Source: the human T2T-CHM13v2.0 reference genome, Homo sapiens
NCBI RefSeq assembly: GCF_009914755.1
Contig: NC_060947.1
Reading direction: 5' to 3' (one strand)
Length of the DNA: 64,000 bases
Part shown: positions 27,478-39,998 of the stretch, piece after piece
Layout: each line of letters opens with the position of its first letter
Numbering within the stretch: the stretch's first letter is position 1
Notes under the pieces: model-generated
The model's input: only the letters and a program-made list of their open reading frames with translations
Databases searched by the model: none
What the model was told of the DNA's origin: nothing
Translations under genes and position numbers: made by a program

Positions 27478-28338
27478 GGGGAGACCTGGTGGAGTGTGAA
27501 TGGCAATATGCTATGGGAGTCGTTTTCACTCAAAAAGGAATAGCAAAACCCTCTCATACAGAGAAAATGACAGGGCGCAAGGAGCTCAAAAATGAAGAGG
27601 AGCCTTCCACTTCTAACAAGAACACACTAGATGTAAATTGGCAATGCTGAAAGAGCAGTGAGTCCCAGAGCCAGAAGGAACTTTCCTAAGGTATCCAGCC
27701 CGTGGATAGTCTAAATGTCCCACGTAGATGTGACAAGCCAGGAATGATCCCAATTTACCTAGCTCCAGAATTGCCTGATCTTCTTCTTGACTCAATGCCC
27801 CCAACCTCACATTCATCCCCTTGCTTCCCATTTCTAGCTAGTAGGTAACAGCACTGAGCCCGTTCAAATTTCTCACAGACAGTCTCTATTCATTCTGACA
27901 TTATCTCTCCAGTAAGTCCTACTCTGGTTATCAAACTTTCTGTAGTCTGGAGAACAAACAAATCCCTAATATGGTCATTCTTTTCATGCTGAGAGATCAA
28001 ACTCATCCTATTACTGGGATCAGTAATAGTAAATGCAACCCTGACACCGACAGGAGAGAGTCGTCAGGTACATTACCACTTTTCTTCACAGCTGCCCCTA
28101 TGAATGCCATGAAGGACCACGGAATTAGGGATGGAATAAATTCGAGGATTTGATGAAAAACAAAACAAAAAAATAGGGCTCCCTTTGATTGTCATCCTTA
28201 GACAAAATTTGATACTCTTTGCACTACCATATGATTATATCCCCTGATTTTCTAAGATTAAAGTCCATTAGAGTTAGAAATTGGAACTCTCAAGCCGAAG
28301 TCAAGAAAACAAATCATGTCTGGTTTTAGAGGTGCCAG

Positions 28339-28892
<554 letters not shown>

Positions 28893-29814
28893 GAAGTGCC
28901 AGTCGGGACAGACAGAGAACTCTCAGGAAAACTGCTCATTTTGCCAATACATCAAATAGTTATTTAAAAAAAAAAACAAAACATTTTCTAAAGTGTGTTA
29001 GAGGGCTAGTGAAAGAGAAGGCCATCGAAAATGATGAAGAATAAGGAGGAGAGATGTACAGGCAACACAACCAAGGAGAAAAGGAGGATGCCAGACATGG
29101 GTCAATCTTGTTAGCTAAGTAAACCTCAATGGTATCTGCCTCTAAGCTCTGTTTGGTGAGTCTCTGGGACCCAACTAATGATGGTTTAGTGTCCTTTAAA
29201 GAAGAATTTAAAATAATCCAGTACATAGGATTTCTTATTGTGCAACTTTCCAATTCTGAAGGAAGCTATAGGGCAACTAATGTTAACTAAACTGCTATGT
29301 CTCCCTGTTGGGTTTGCAAAGCCACTCAGTACTGTGTCATCAGTAACCCAGGAACAAAGAGGGCAGTCACACAGTAACATCAACACCCACTGGGTACACA
29401 GAGTTGCCCACTTTTCATGACTCTTCCACGTGTAAGGGTCACAAACTTGGGAAGCTGGTGGCTGTGTTATTACCCATTTAGAAACGGGGAAACAGAGGAT
29501 TAGAGGGAATTATCATCTTGAACATCTCATATTTTTAAAAAGGAACTCTAATAACTACCTGACAAATTGGTGAGTGAAGAGTCTTAGCCAAACACTCAAT
29601 GACAATAGTTTGAGGAAGAAGCAAAGTGTAGTAGTTAGAATGGTGATTTCTGAGCAAGAAGATGGGGGCTCTGTATTCCTGGCCAAGTAGCTTGGCTTCT
29701 CTGGGTCTCAGTTTGCTGCCAAAGCAAACGAGGATAATACTGATCCTACCTGTAATAGGACCATTGAAAGGATTTCACAGGATGAGGTTTATGAAAATAC
29801 TTTATAGTTAATAA

Positions 29815-30020
29815 TTCTACATCATATACCTGAAATTTGCTAAGAGAGAAAAATCTTAAAACGTTCTCACCACAAAAGATAACTATGTGAGGTGATACAT
29901 ACGCTAATTAGCTTGATTGTGGTAATCCTTTCACAATGTATACATATACCAAAACATCATATTGCACACTGTGAATATATACAATTTATTTGTCAATTAT
30001 ACCTCAATACAGCTGGAAAT
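29815..30020 (+). mobile_element. L1MA-type 3' end
   Basis: gaaatttgctaagagag...ttctcaccac...aactatgtgaggtgat...tgtcaattatacctcaat. Confidence 0.85.
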
Positions 30021-30469
30021 ACATAAATTTTCATGCACTGTGTAAATATGAGAGATTTATTTCTCCAACAATGATAGAATCTGAAAGTGGGGATTTTCAT
30101 GTCTTATCTTTGCAATCTGAACACAGCAACTTTGGATGTCTGAGCCACATTGCACGGTAGACTGCTACAGTAAGTTTGTTTAAGTGCTAATGCTTAGAAG
30201 TCGGGCAGGCAGCTGGAACCACCATGCTGGAAAAGATACTTCCTGAACCACTTGTTCAAATGCTTTGTAAACAAAAGGGACTAAAGAGATCCCATTTATT
30301 ATGTTCACTGTTTAACTTTGGTTTCTCATCTGTACTAGAAGGTCGTATTTCTGTCCTCAAACCATTAAAACTCTATCAGGTTCCCCCCTCCCCCCAAGAA
30401 ATGCTGATTTTGCCAAATAAGGGCATTTTAAAGCCTTCCATCTACTATAACAATGATTTCTTATTTTAA

Positions 30470-31230
30470 GTTTTTTTTAAGAATTAAGGAATAACTGACA
30501 TACGATAAACTGCACATATTCAAATTGTATAATTTGATAAGTTTTGACATATATACACCCATGAAACCATCAACACAAGACAGAAATTATCCACCAGCCC
30601 GGAAGTTTTCTCGGGCCTTTTTGTAACCCCTTTCTTGCCACCCCCATCTCCCCTACCCCAGGTAACCACTGATCTGCTTTCACATTTTCCAGAGTTCTGT
30701 ATACATGGAATCATATGATATGACTCTCATGGGTTAGGGTCATCCATGTTATTGAAGGTATCAATAGTTCATTCCTTCTTATTATTGAGTAGTATCCATC
30801 ATACAGATACACCACAATTTGTTTATCCATTTACCTGTTGATAGACATTAGGATTGTTTCCAGCTTTTAGCTATTACTAATAAAACTACTATGCATATTC
30901 ACGTACGAGTCTTCAGGTGAGCACATGCTTTCTTTTCTCTGGGAGTGAAACAGCTGAATCATATGATAGGTGTATGTTTGACATGTTTGTATCATTTTAC
31001 ATGAGAGTTCTAAATCCTACACATCCTTACCAACAGTTGGCATGGCTGGCTTCTTAAATTTTAGCCATTCAGATAGGTGTGTAGCAGTACCTCACTGTGG
31101 TTTTGACTTGTGTTTCACTAATGACATTGAAAAGATTTTTTCTTGTGCTTATCTGCCATTTGCGTATCTTCTGTGGTGAAGTGTCTGTTCAAATCGTTTA
31201 CCCATTTTTAAATTTTGTTTTCTTATTATT
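30470..31230 (-). mobile_element. L1MC/MB-type 3' fragment
   Basis: tttgataagttttgacatatatacacccatgaaaccatca, caatttgtttatccatttacctgttgat. Confidence 0.82.
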
Positions 31231-31959
31231 GAAAATGCCATCAGTTTTAATGAGTGGAGCAAGACTGGTAACTGAGAACTGCAACAAAATTTTACAATTC
31301 ATGATACCCAAGAGGATAAAAAAATTCACAAAGATTATTTTCCAAAACTTGTGTGGAGCGAAAATATTCTCCAAATGTTATGACAAATCTGAACTTCTTT
31401 TAAAGCTTGAAAAGGATTTAATGATATTTTATCAGTATTGCTGCTAAGTCTGCACAGGTTCAGACTATTAGTAAACCAAATAAGCATATTTCGATGTACT
31501 CTATCGGTACCCAAACCATCTTAACCTCTCCTTCGTGCATTAGTTCAATTACCCAAGCATCTATCCCTAAGCCACATTTCACACTTTGCACTAATTATAC
31601 TCTAATCCCATAGATTCCATTTTACTAATTATTTCTTATGTCAAATTTGTGCCCACATTCAAAAGGTGATGAAGGCCAAAACCTCTATCGCATTTTTTTA
31701 TGTCAACAGTAACAGATAAAATGTGATCTACAAGCATGAAGATGAATTCTCCTTTCCGATCCATAGAGAATGCTAGATTTGAGGGCACCTACAGGCTTTG
31801 AGGAAAAGCAGGCCCCATTCGGTTGTGTAGAGCCATCGGTTCGTAGCTCAATTGTTACAGTTGATGTGGGTTTCCTTTTAGATGTCTGGAAAATGACTCT
31901 GCTGACCACATCCACATTCTGAAATACTTTTTGAGAACTTGTAACCAAACTGCAGGAAC

Positions 31960-32093
31960 TGACTCATTTTGCAGTGCCCAGCCACCACACAATTGTTCCA
32001 GAACAGACTCAAGTCAAAGGGAAAAATATGAAGGTCTTAGAACACAGACAGCAAGTTGTCTACTTATATGGGGGGACAACCGGGGGAAATCCC
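31960..32093. promoter_or_regulatory. Candidate intronic enhancer: AP-1 plus NF-kB
   Basis: TGACTCA 31960-31966, GGGAAATCCC 32084-32093, near-CArG acttatatgg 32062-32071; motif evidence only. Confidence 0.5.
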
Positions 32094-33849
32094 AGAGCAC
32101 ATGGGGCAAAACGGCTCAAGCCCCGGACCAATCTTAGAGGAAGGACCAAACAGAACTCACCACTTCGTGGACAACACATGTGTTTTCCTCAAAGCAAGGG
32201 GGTCAGAGGCTGGTAGAAAAAGAAACTTAATGTCTATCTCTTAGACACTAATCTACACTTAGAAAGTAGATTCAGTAGAGAAATGTCTGCAGAAGACTCG
32301 GGTTAGATGTTGTCTTGAAAGTCCATTCCTGAATTCCTTGTACTCCCAGCTCCTCTGAGATGGGATGCTCAGTAAGTCAGGAGTATGCCCCTTGTCTTAC
32401 AGGAGATAAGCCAGCAGGGACAGCATGTCCAAGATGCTAGGCAGAACTGAGGCTGACACTTGAGCTTAGGACCAGAAATTCTCTGGCTCCCCTGGGGCTT
32501 CTGTACATCCTCTCCTGGTCCATTTTTACATCTTTCTCTTAATTCCCAATGTGTCTCACCCAAGGGGGTCAGTTTCCCCATGATGTCCCAAATCTTTCTC
32601 CCTCTCTCAATGCAGACTTCTTACCTAAGGGGAGGATGAAGAGGAGCAAACTAAGCTCTCCTCCACACAACACTCTATGTTCCCAAATTACTCATTTCTC
32701 TACCCCACAAGTGAAACTGATTTAGTCAGTCAGTTTCAGCCAAAGGCGGTGAGGAAATCCGGTCTTGTTGAACTAAACTATAAATGACAAAACCAATAAT
32801 AACTCTTTTCTGCAGGTGGGTCCCTTGCTAAAAGAATATGAGGGTTAACCCAACCCAAATCTATCATTGACTAATAGAAAGGCTATGTGATAAGAATTAG
32901 GTATAGAGTCTCAGGCAGTATTTCAAGTAAGATAAACCTGGACGACACCTATAAAAGGCTATCAAGCCCCTTTCTAAGCCCTGTATGTTGTCGATATAAT
33001 TACATATACATTTTATGTCTGTTCTCACCCGTGCAATGTCTCTTAACATGTAAACTCCCAGATGACAGAACTTGCCCATTTCCTTAGATTTAGTAAGGGG
33101 CATTTAGTATCCGAGTATAATAGTGAAGTAATGACAGGGGGCTGCAATCAAATTATGGCAATCAACTCTACCTTTAAGAAATTACAAAAATGTTTTTAAC
33201 ACAACTTTACAAGAGAAAAGGTACATAAAACAATTTTACCCTTCCCACCTGGCCAATTGCCTTTATTTTTCCACACTCTCTTTGTACCTCCAATAAAATA
33301 AGTACTGTATAACAAGACTTCTTAACCTGTACCAAACAGTAAGTTTTCATACAGAATTTTAAAAAGGAGCTTATCATCTGACTGAACATAAAACTAAGAA
33401 TTATTTTAAAATGAAAGCACTTTAAACATGGATTTAAAATCCCTTCAGTTCAAAATTCTAAACTGCTTGTTACTGAGTGCAAAAATCAGCAAAGATATGC
33501 CTTATGGAAGATGAGTTTTTGGCAAATTTAAATCAAATCAAAACATTCCACAGTTAGACATTCAGGTACCCCACATCTCTCTGAGGAGTAGATGTGATAG
33601 GAAGAATTGCCCACTTTGCGCTTTTTAGCTGTAATTGTGCTTCAAATAGTTCAACTTTATCTATCTTTGCTAAGGTTTTCATAGCATAATAATTTAAATT
33701 ACAAAAGTAGCATTTTACTGCAAGAAGGCCTTACACGGCTTGTAAACACTCCAGTTATGAGGCACAAGGGGCTCGACTCTCCGGGATCCCTACAATAAAT
33801 CACATAGACTCTCAGAATACCATCTTCACTCTCTCTAGTTATCATTTCC

Positions 33850-34270
33850 TACCTTCCAAACAGCTTCTTACTGTGGCCAACAGAGTCCTACCTGATCTGC
33901 CATGATGTGTCTCTTGGACACACAAAGCCTGCTCCCGTCTCTACTGCAGTTACTTTTTTATTTTCTCTGCCTGGAATCCTCTTCCTCCAGACACTCCCAC
34001 AGCTGATTCCTCACTGGCCTAATAACATCAAAGAGGCCTTCCTATTAGCCCTGGTTAACGTCGCTCTACCCCTGATCCCCAGGTACTCTCTCTCTGACAC
34101 AGCTTTATTTTTCTCCGCAGTGTTTACTAACACCTGCCGTATACTTATGAGTTCCATCACCATCAGCCTACCCGCTCCATGTGAGCGGGGACTTTATTCA
34201 CTGCTGTATTACCAGACCCAGAACTCTCTAAGGCACATGGTAGACATGGTAGATGTATAATATATTTTTG
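33850..34270 (+). mobile_element. L2 3' fragment
   Basis: ctctgcctggaatcctcttc, agaggccttcc, ggcacatggtagac. Confidence 0.72.
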
Positions 34271-35183
34271 TAAAATGTACATTTCCCATGTGGTGTCTTA
34301 GTCTGTTGTGCTGCTATAAGCTTATGAAATTTAGTTGGCACCTGAGACAATTTTTGTTAACACCTTACCAAAACTCCAAACGCCTCAAGGGCCAGGTGGA
34401 CAAGAGCTGTAGGAAAGTGATCACTCCCCCAGCAGTAAAAAAAGAAAGCAGGAAAAAGAACAGTTTCTCTATAATCTCCCTGCTACCCATGCATAGCAAA
34501 TAAGGGAAGGTCTTTTGGAGTATGGATGTCAAACGGAATGGGGAGAAAGGTAGATATTCACTGTCATTATCAACCTAACTTGTCCTGAGGCCTCCTTATT
34601 GGTTTTAACACAGAGAGAGAGAAGAGCCTTGAAATACTGAGACATTCTTTTAGAGTGTGAGTGATTTTGTTTTTGTTTTTAAATCTACTTCAACATTTTC
34701 TTCCCTTGGGCCATATATACCCACTAATAATGTAGACTTCACATTTCATGCTGAAAGACAAAGCATTTTCATTGCCTTTGCTGGTATGGTCAAACTTGTT
34801 TCAGAAAATGCACAGGTATAGTTTGTGCCATTGAAGACAACTTGAAGAGTGATGTCTTTCAAAAACTATAGGAGGTGATATCAAGATTTAAATAACAAGT
34901 AAAGATAATGACTCTGTCTTAAGGAAGCGTATTCCTAACTGCAACATGGAGACGAGTAATATTTTTTGAAAGAATAGTAGTATAAATTCCAAAAGCCCTC
35001 CCCTATGTTCATTCCTCATTTTCTATATATTTACTTAGAGATATTTTCAAAAAGTCATAATAAATTTGATTGAGGGCATGGCAACACTTCTTACCTTTAA
35101 ATTAATTAAAATTCTATTTTAAAATTATTTTTGAAGACATCTTTGTGATGGCCTTTGTTGTCTCTTAATGTTCTTTTATTATA

Positions 35184-35272
35184 AGCGTAGGCAGGTGAAG
35201 CAGCAGGAGTAGAGAAAGAACAAAGCAATCTGTAACTGGTTGTGATCATTAATTGTAAACGCTACTGCACTT
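35184..35272 (-). pseudogene. Y3 RNA (RNY3) retropseudogene, 5'-truncated
   Basis: Minus strand agtgcagtagcgtttacaattaatgatcacaaccagttacagattgctttgttctttctctactcctgctgcttcacctgcct aligns to hY3; TSD-like ttaatgttcttt (35165-35176) / ttaatatcttt (35271-35281). Confidence 0.92.
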
Positions 35273-36529
35273 AATATCTTTAAACAAGGAAATTATTTGA
35301 AAGCATGAGTGCTCTTAGATTATATTTACTGATACGTTCCCTACTATGAACCCTTCTTCCGCCAACATTAAAAAGAAAGAAAGAAAAACCATTTCTCTGC
35401 ACTGTTTTTCCCTCACAAGCATTTTCTCCTCTCACTTTAAAAAAAGAAATGCAGCTCCCAAAGGAAGATGCTTAAAGACCTTCATGAGTGTTGTGAGTGT
35501 CTGTCTGTGAAATATACGTTGTCTCCAAAGGGACAAACAATCAGATACAAGATGCAGTCAGTGAGGTGAAAGGAACATAGAGTGAGTTTATTGCTTCTCC
35601 TCTCCCGTCCCCTGATGGACTCTCACTCCCATCCTTTCTTTCACCTATTTGCAGGTAGATGTTGAATGACTTATGCGAGAGTATGGACAAATGAAGGAAT
35701 GAACAAACAAAGGAAAGAATGAAGGCCGGCATGATTAATAAATCCTCCAAGAGCAGGCTCAGTCCAAGGCCAGGGGATTTTTTTTTTTTTTTAAAGAGAC
35801 TTCCAAGCACTCTGAACCCACGGGCTAGGATAACATGCCCTCATCTTCTAAGTCAAAATTCTCAATCTACATCAGAAAGAGGAAATTCTCAATGTGAAAC
35901 CCCTTTCCCATATTCTGAAAATTAAGTCCACACCCAAACATAAGGTTTTATGCACATAGATGGCTTCCTGTACTTCTTTATCTAGAAGTTTTACCCCATC
36001 CTCCAGAAAATATCCAGAACTAGATGGAGATAAAGAAGAAAAATATTAGTAAATACAGATTCTTACACATTTCATTTTTCTATGGATTAGTTCTATACCA
36101 GCAAGAAGGAATTTCCAGAAAGGTTGATGTAAGTGCATCCCTAGGACTCAAATGCTAACATACTTCTCCCTCCCACCCCCACTTTCAAGTGAAAACATTA
36201 GAGAAAAAAATAGGGGAAGTTACATGATTAAACTTGTTAGTATATGAGATCAACTGAAAACAAGGAATTCCCCTCCTGGACTGCAGTGGCCTAATTAAAA
36301 CTCATAAAACACAAATGACTAAGACTGTTCCCGTTGATTTGTGAAATAAAAAGCAGAAAAAGTTAATTTTGTATTTCAATATTGACAGAGGTAGGCCTAG
36401 AAGACGTGACACTTTACAGAATAGAAATGAGAAGACCATTTCCGAGACTTTCAGGTTCAGTCAACTTTTATTCTGCTTTCCTGCCAGAAGTACATGTACT
36501 TACCATCTGTACTGGCAACAGCCTATTTG

Positions 36530-36720
36530 GATTTAGATTCTGGTTCCATGACAGATGAGTGGCCCTAAGTAAGTTCCTTTACCTCTCTGTGCCTCTGTGT
36601 GTTCATCTATGAAATGGGCATGATAATTGCACCAATAGTTTGTCATGAGGAAAAATGGGTCGATGCAGGTAGAGCCCTTACAACAGTGCCTGTCCAGAAC
36701 ATGGTAACTGCACAATAAGC
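36530..36720 (+). mobile_element. MIR SINE
   Basis: acctctctgtgcctctgtgtgttcatctatgaaatggg...acagtgcctg. Confidence 0.8.
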
Positions 36721-37677
36721 GACAGTCACCATCATCAGTGTTTTGCTTAATCTGATGTGAAAAAAAGTCATATCACTTAGCATGGATCTACAGGCTTTAG
36801 GACTAAACTGAAGAAGTCTGTTCCTAAAGGGATTTTGGAAGGGAATGCAAGTGTGTTAAGCACCATTACTCCAGGTCCCACAGCATGTGCTTTACATGTG
36901 TTATCTCACACAACAAACCTGTGCACTACTTCTGATGCTCTACACTCTGGGGCTCAGGGAAATAGCGGAGTAGCTTACTCAGCTAGCAAGGGGCAAAGGG
37001 AGCTTAAAGCACAAATCTACTTATTTCCAAAGCCTGGGCCTCTTAGGGAGTAAACTACTTCAATGGAGGCTGTGAATGGACACCCTCTTGGGGTCATGGG
37101 TACCACTTTCACGCACTAACACTCTCTGGAAAATGTCTGAAGCTTTCAAGATTTTTTTCAGGTAATCCGAACTCTGAATGTTCCCTGCAAAGTTTTGCCG
37201 GGCGTGTACATATTTACTGTTTCTCTCAACTTTAAGAACTCTAGTCTCACTTCAGATATATTATACAAATCCTAATCAAGAAAAAAAAAAATCAATGGAT
37301 TTTCACTTTTAAAAATCTTTCTTCCCTCTCCTTTTAGGAAACGCAGAAAAACTAAGCTTTCTTTCAATACCAACACCAACAATGGGCTTTCAATACCATA
37401 AGCACATCAGGGGAATTAAACTCTTCCATGGCAGAAAGAGGAGATAATTTAAAATGAAACCTCAGCCTACTCTTCATAGTCTACCTTAAATAGTTATACT
37501 ATGTTTTTAAAAAGCAAGTTATTACTTTAGTAACCATTTAAAAGAAAGTAACTAGAACTATTTTGTTATAAAGCATAGCTAAGAAAACAAAATGTCCCAA
37601 TCATTATATTAACTTACAAAAGCATAATAAATTCAACTTTTGTATGTATCTAATCTGTTCCTTTAAGAATTAGTCTA

Positions 37678-38030
37678 GGCCAGGCGCGGTGGCTCACACC
37701 TGTAATCCTAGCACTTTGGGAGGCTGAGGCGGGCAGATCACAAGGTCAGGAGTTCAAGACCAGCCTGGCCAACATAGTGAAACCCCGTCTCTACTAAAAA
37801 TAAAAAATAAATAAATAAAAAATAAAAAAAAATTAGCCGGGCGTGGCAGTGTGTGCCTGTAATCCCAGCTACTCGGGAGGCTGAGGCAGGAGAATCACGT
37901 GAACCCAGGAGGTGGAGGTTTCAGTGAGCCAAGGTCACACCATTGCACTCCAGGCCGGGTGACAGTGCAAGACTCTGTCTCAAAAAAAAAAAAAAAAAAA
38001 AAAAAAAAGAGAGAGAAAAGAAAAGAAAAA
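37678..38030 (+). mobile_element. AluS (Sg/Sc-like)
   Basis: Dimeric Alu; TSD aagaattagtcta / aagaactaggcta. Confidence 0.95.
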
Positions 38031-39699
38031 AAGAACTAGGCTAAAGAAAAAAGATCAACTAAAATGATGCATTTACATAACCACATTGTTTATAGTTAAT
38101 AATATATGTGGGGGTTTTTTTACTTTATGTTTTAGATTGCCCTAAATATGTTGGAAAGAATAAACTAGAATAAATATGGGGTTGAAAAACAAGAGGTTAG
38201 AGTTGAGGATTTTAAGAACTTGAGTCAGGAAATATTCAAGGTTAAATCACTTACAGTCTTTAATGTGTAGAATAACTGTTTAATAATTGATTTATTTTTC
38301 AAATGAAAACAGTAGGAAGTAGGTAGGTTTAACAGGTCTTACTCCCAAAACATGTCATATACAGTTACCCAGTTGTCTATTTAAATTGAAGGTAGTTCAT
38401 AAAATGCAAGTGTTTACTTTGCATGTTCTCCTTAGTAACTTAATCTTCTGGATTTGTTACCCAATGATTATATTCAAACTTGGCTCAATTTCCCCTCCTG
38501 AATGAAGACGTCTATTCTCCAAATTCAGACTGTATAACCAGTACAGCTTGTTTAAGAAAAATAAATATGATAACTAATAGTAAAAAAAAAAAAAAAAGGC
38601 AAAAAATCATTTATTTACAGCAGTCTGAGATTGATAGGAGGGAATGAGTTAGAAGATGAGCATCAAAAAGAAATAAATCTAGGACCTTTAAATGTATTCA
38701 AAGAAAACAATACTGCTAGTGTCTAATTAAAATGTCAAATGAATAAATAAGTAAGACATACAATATGTCAGACAGAGGCAAGTGCTAAGAAGAAAAATTA
38801 AGCAGGAAGAAGGATAGAAAGCTGGGGAATAGAATGGGGAGGTTGCCATCAGTTTGAAATGAATTTTTTTATCCCTAGAAACATATAGGGACTTGAGACA
38901 TGCCTTATATACATTTTTTGAGAAGTACTGTTAAAGGTATCCTTTTGTGAATTCAAAGAGTCATGCAGCTGAAGCTCCATGGGCTGCCTGATTTCTGCCA
39001 AGAGGCTCTGCTGTGTCCCAGTGTAGTTCCCAAGCCAGGGAGCTCACAACCTTGGAGGTGACCCATGCCCTCTTTATTGATTCCACACCTCCTGCTGGGT
39101 AAGGGGTCTAAGGAATGTCTACAAAAACGTTTTTCCCACTGTTCAAGGAAACTTCCTTAGGGTTAAGGAAAGAGTTATTTCCTATGTCTTAATTTTTCAA
39201 GATGAAAAAGTCGGGCTGATTTACTGATGGAGATCACCTTGGGAAGCCTGTGAGGAGAGTTCAGACCCCTGGAATTCCTACACTCCCACCCAGGAGAACC
39301 TGTTATAAGCATTCAACCACAGCCCCGGCTAATGACCATAGTGGTGATACCACCAGCTCTTGATCGTAGGAGGTATAGGGTGACTATGAATAAAGTAAAT
39401 CACTCAAACACCCCCTCTGACTCAGTTAAGAAGTCCAGTGCCACATCTCCAGTCCTCTCTTGTACCTGCATCAGAATCATTAAGAGCAGATTGGAGCTAG
39501 ACTGTCTGCTTTCAAATCTTGGCTCCGCTACTTCCTGTATACTGTTTTTGTGAGTTAAAGAATTTAATAAGTGTAAAGCAGTTCCTACCAAAACGTGTCT
39601 ACTAAGTACCTACTATGTGCCAGACACTGTTCTTAGATGCCAGTGATTCATTTAGAATGGTACCCGGCATATAATATGAACTCAATGTATGTCAGTAAT

Positions 39700-39998
39700 T
39701 ATGGGTCCACAAATGCTTACCTGACACTCAGATTGATTATTATTATTATTTTATAAAGGTAATAGGTTGACTATTCAATATAGTATATAAACCTCTAGGG
39801 GAGTCTGGAACAATACTCCGTGATCAAACACATTAATACTTCTACAGTAAAACATACAAAGATTCATTCTGAGCGAGCTAAACAAAGACTATCATTAGCT
39901 TCACATCAGTTCAGGTCAGGATTTGCTGCCAAATTTGTTACATGAAAATCTTTTGATTTTCAGAGCTTTTTGGATTACAGAAGAGATGGTGGGCATAT
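39700..39998. mobile_element. Probable old TcMar-Tigger-like DNA transposon relic
   Basis: ggtccacaa.. at left and ttcagagctttttggatt..gtgggc at right resemble such termini from memory. Confidence 0.35.
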
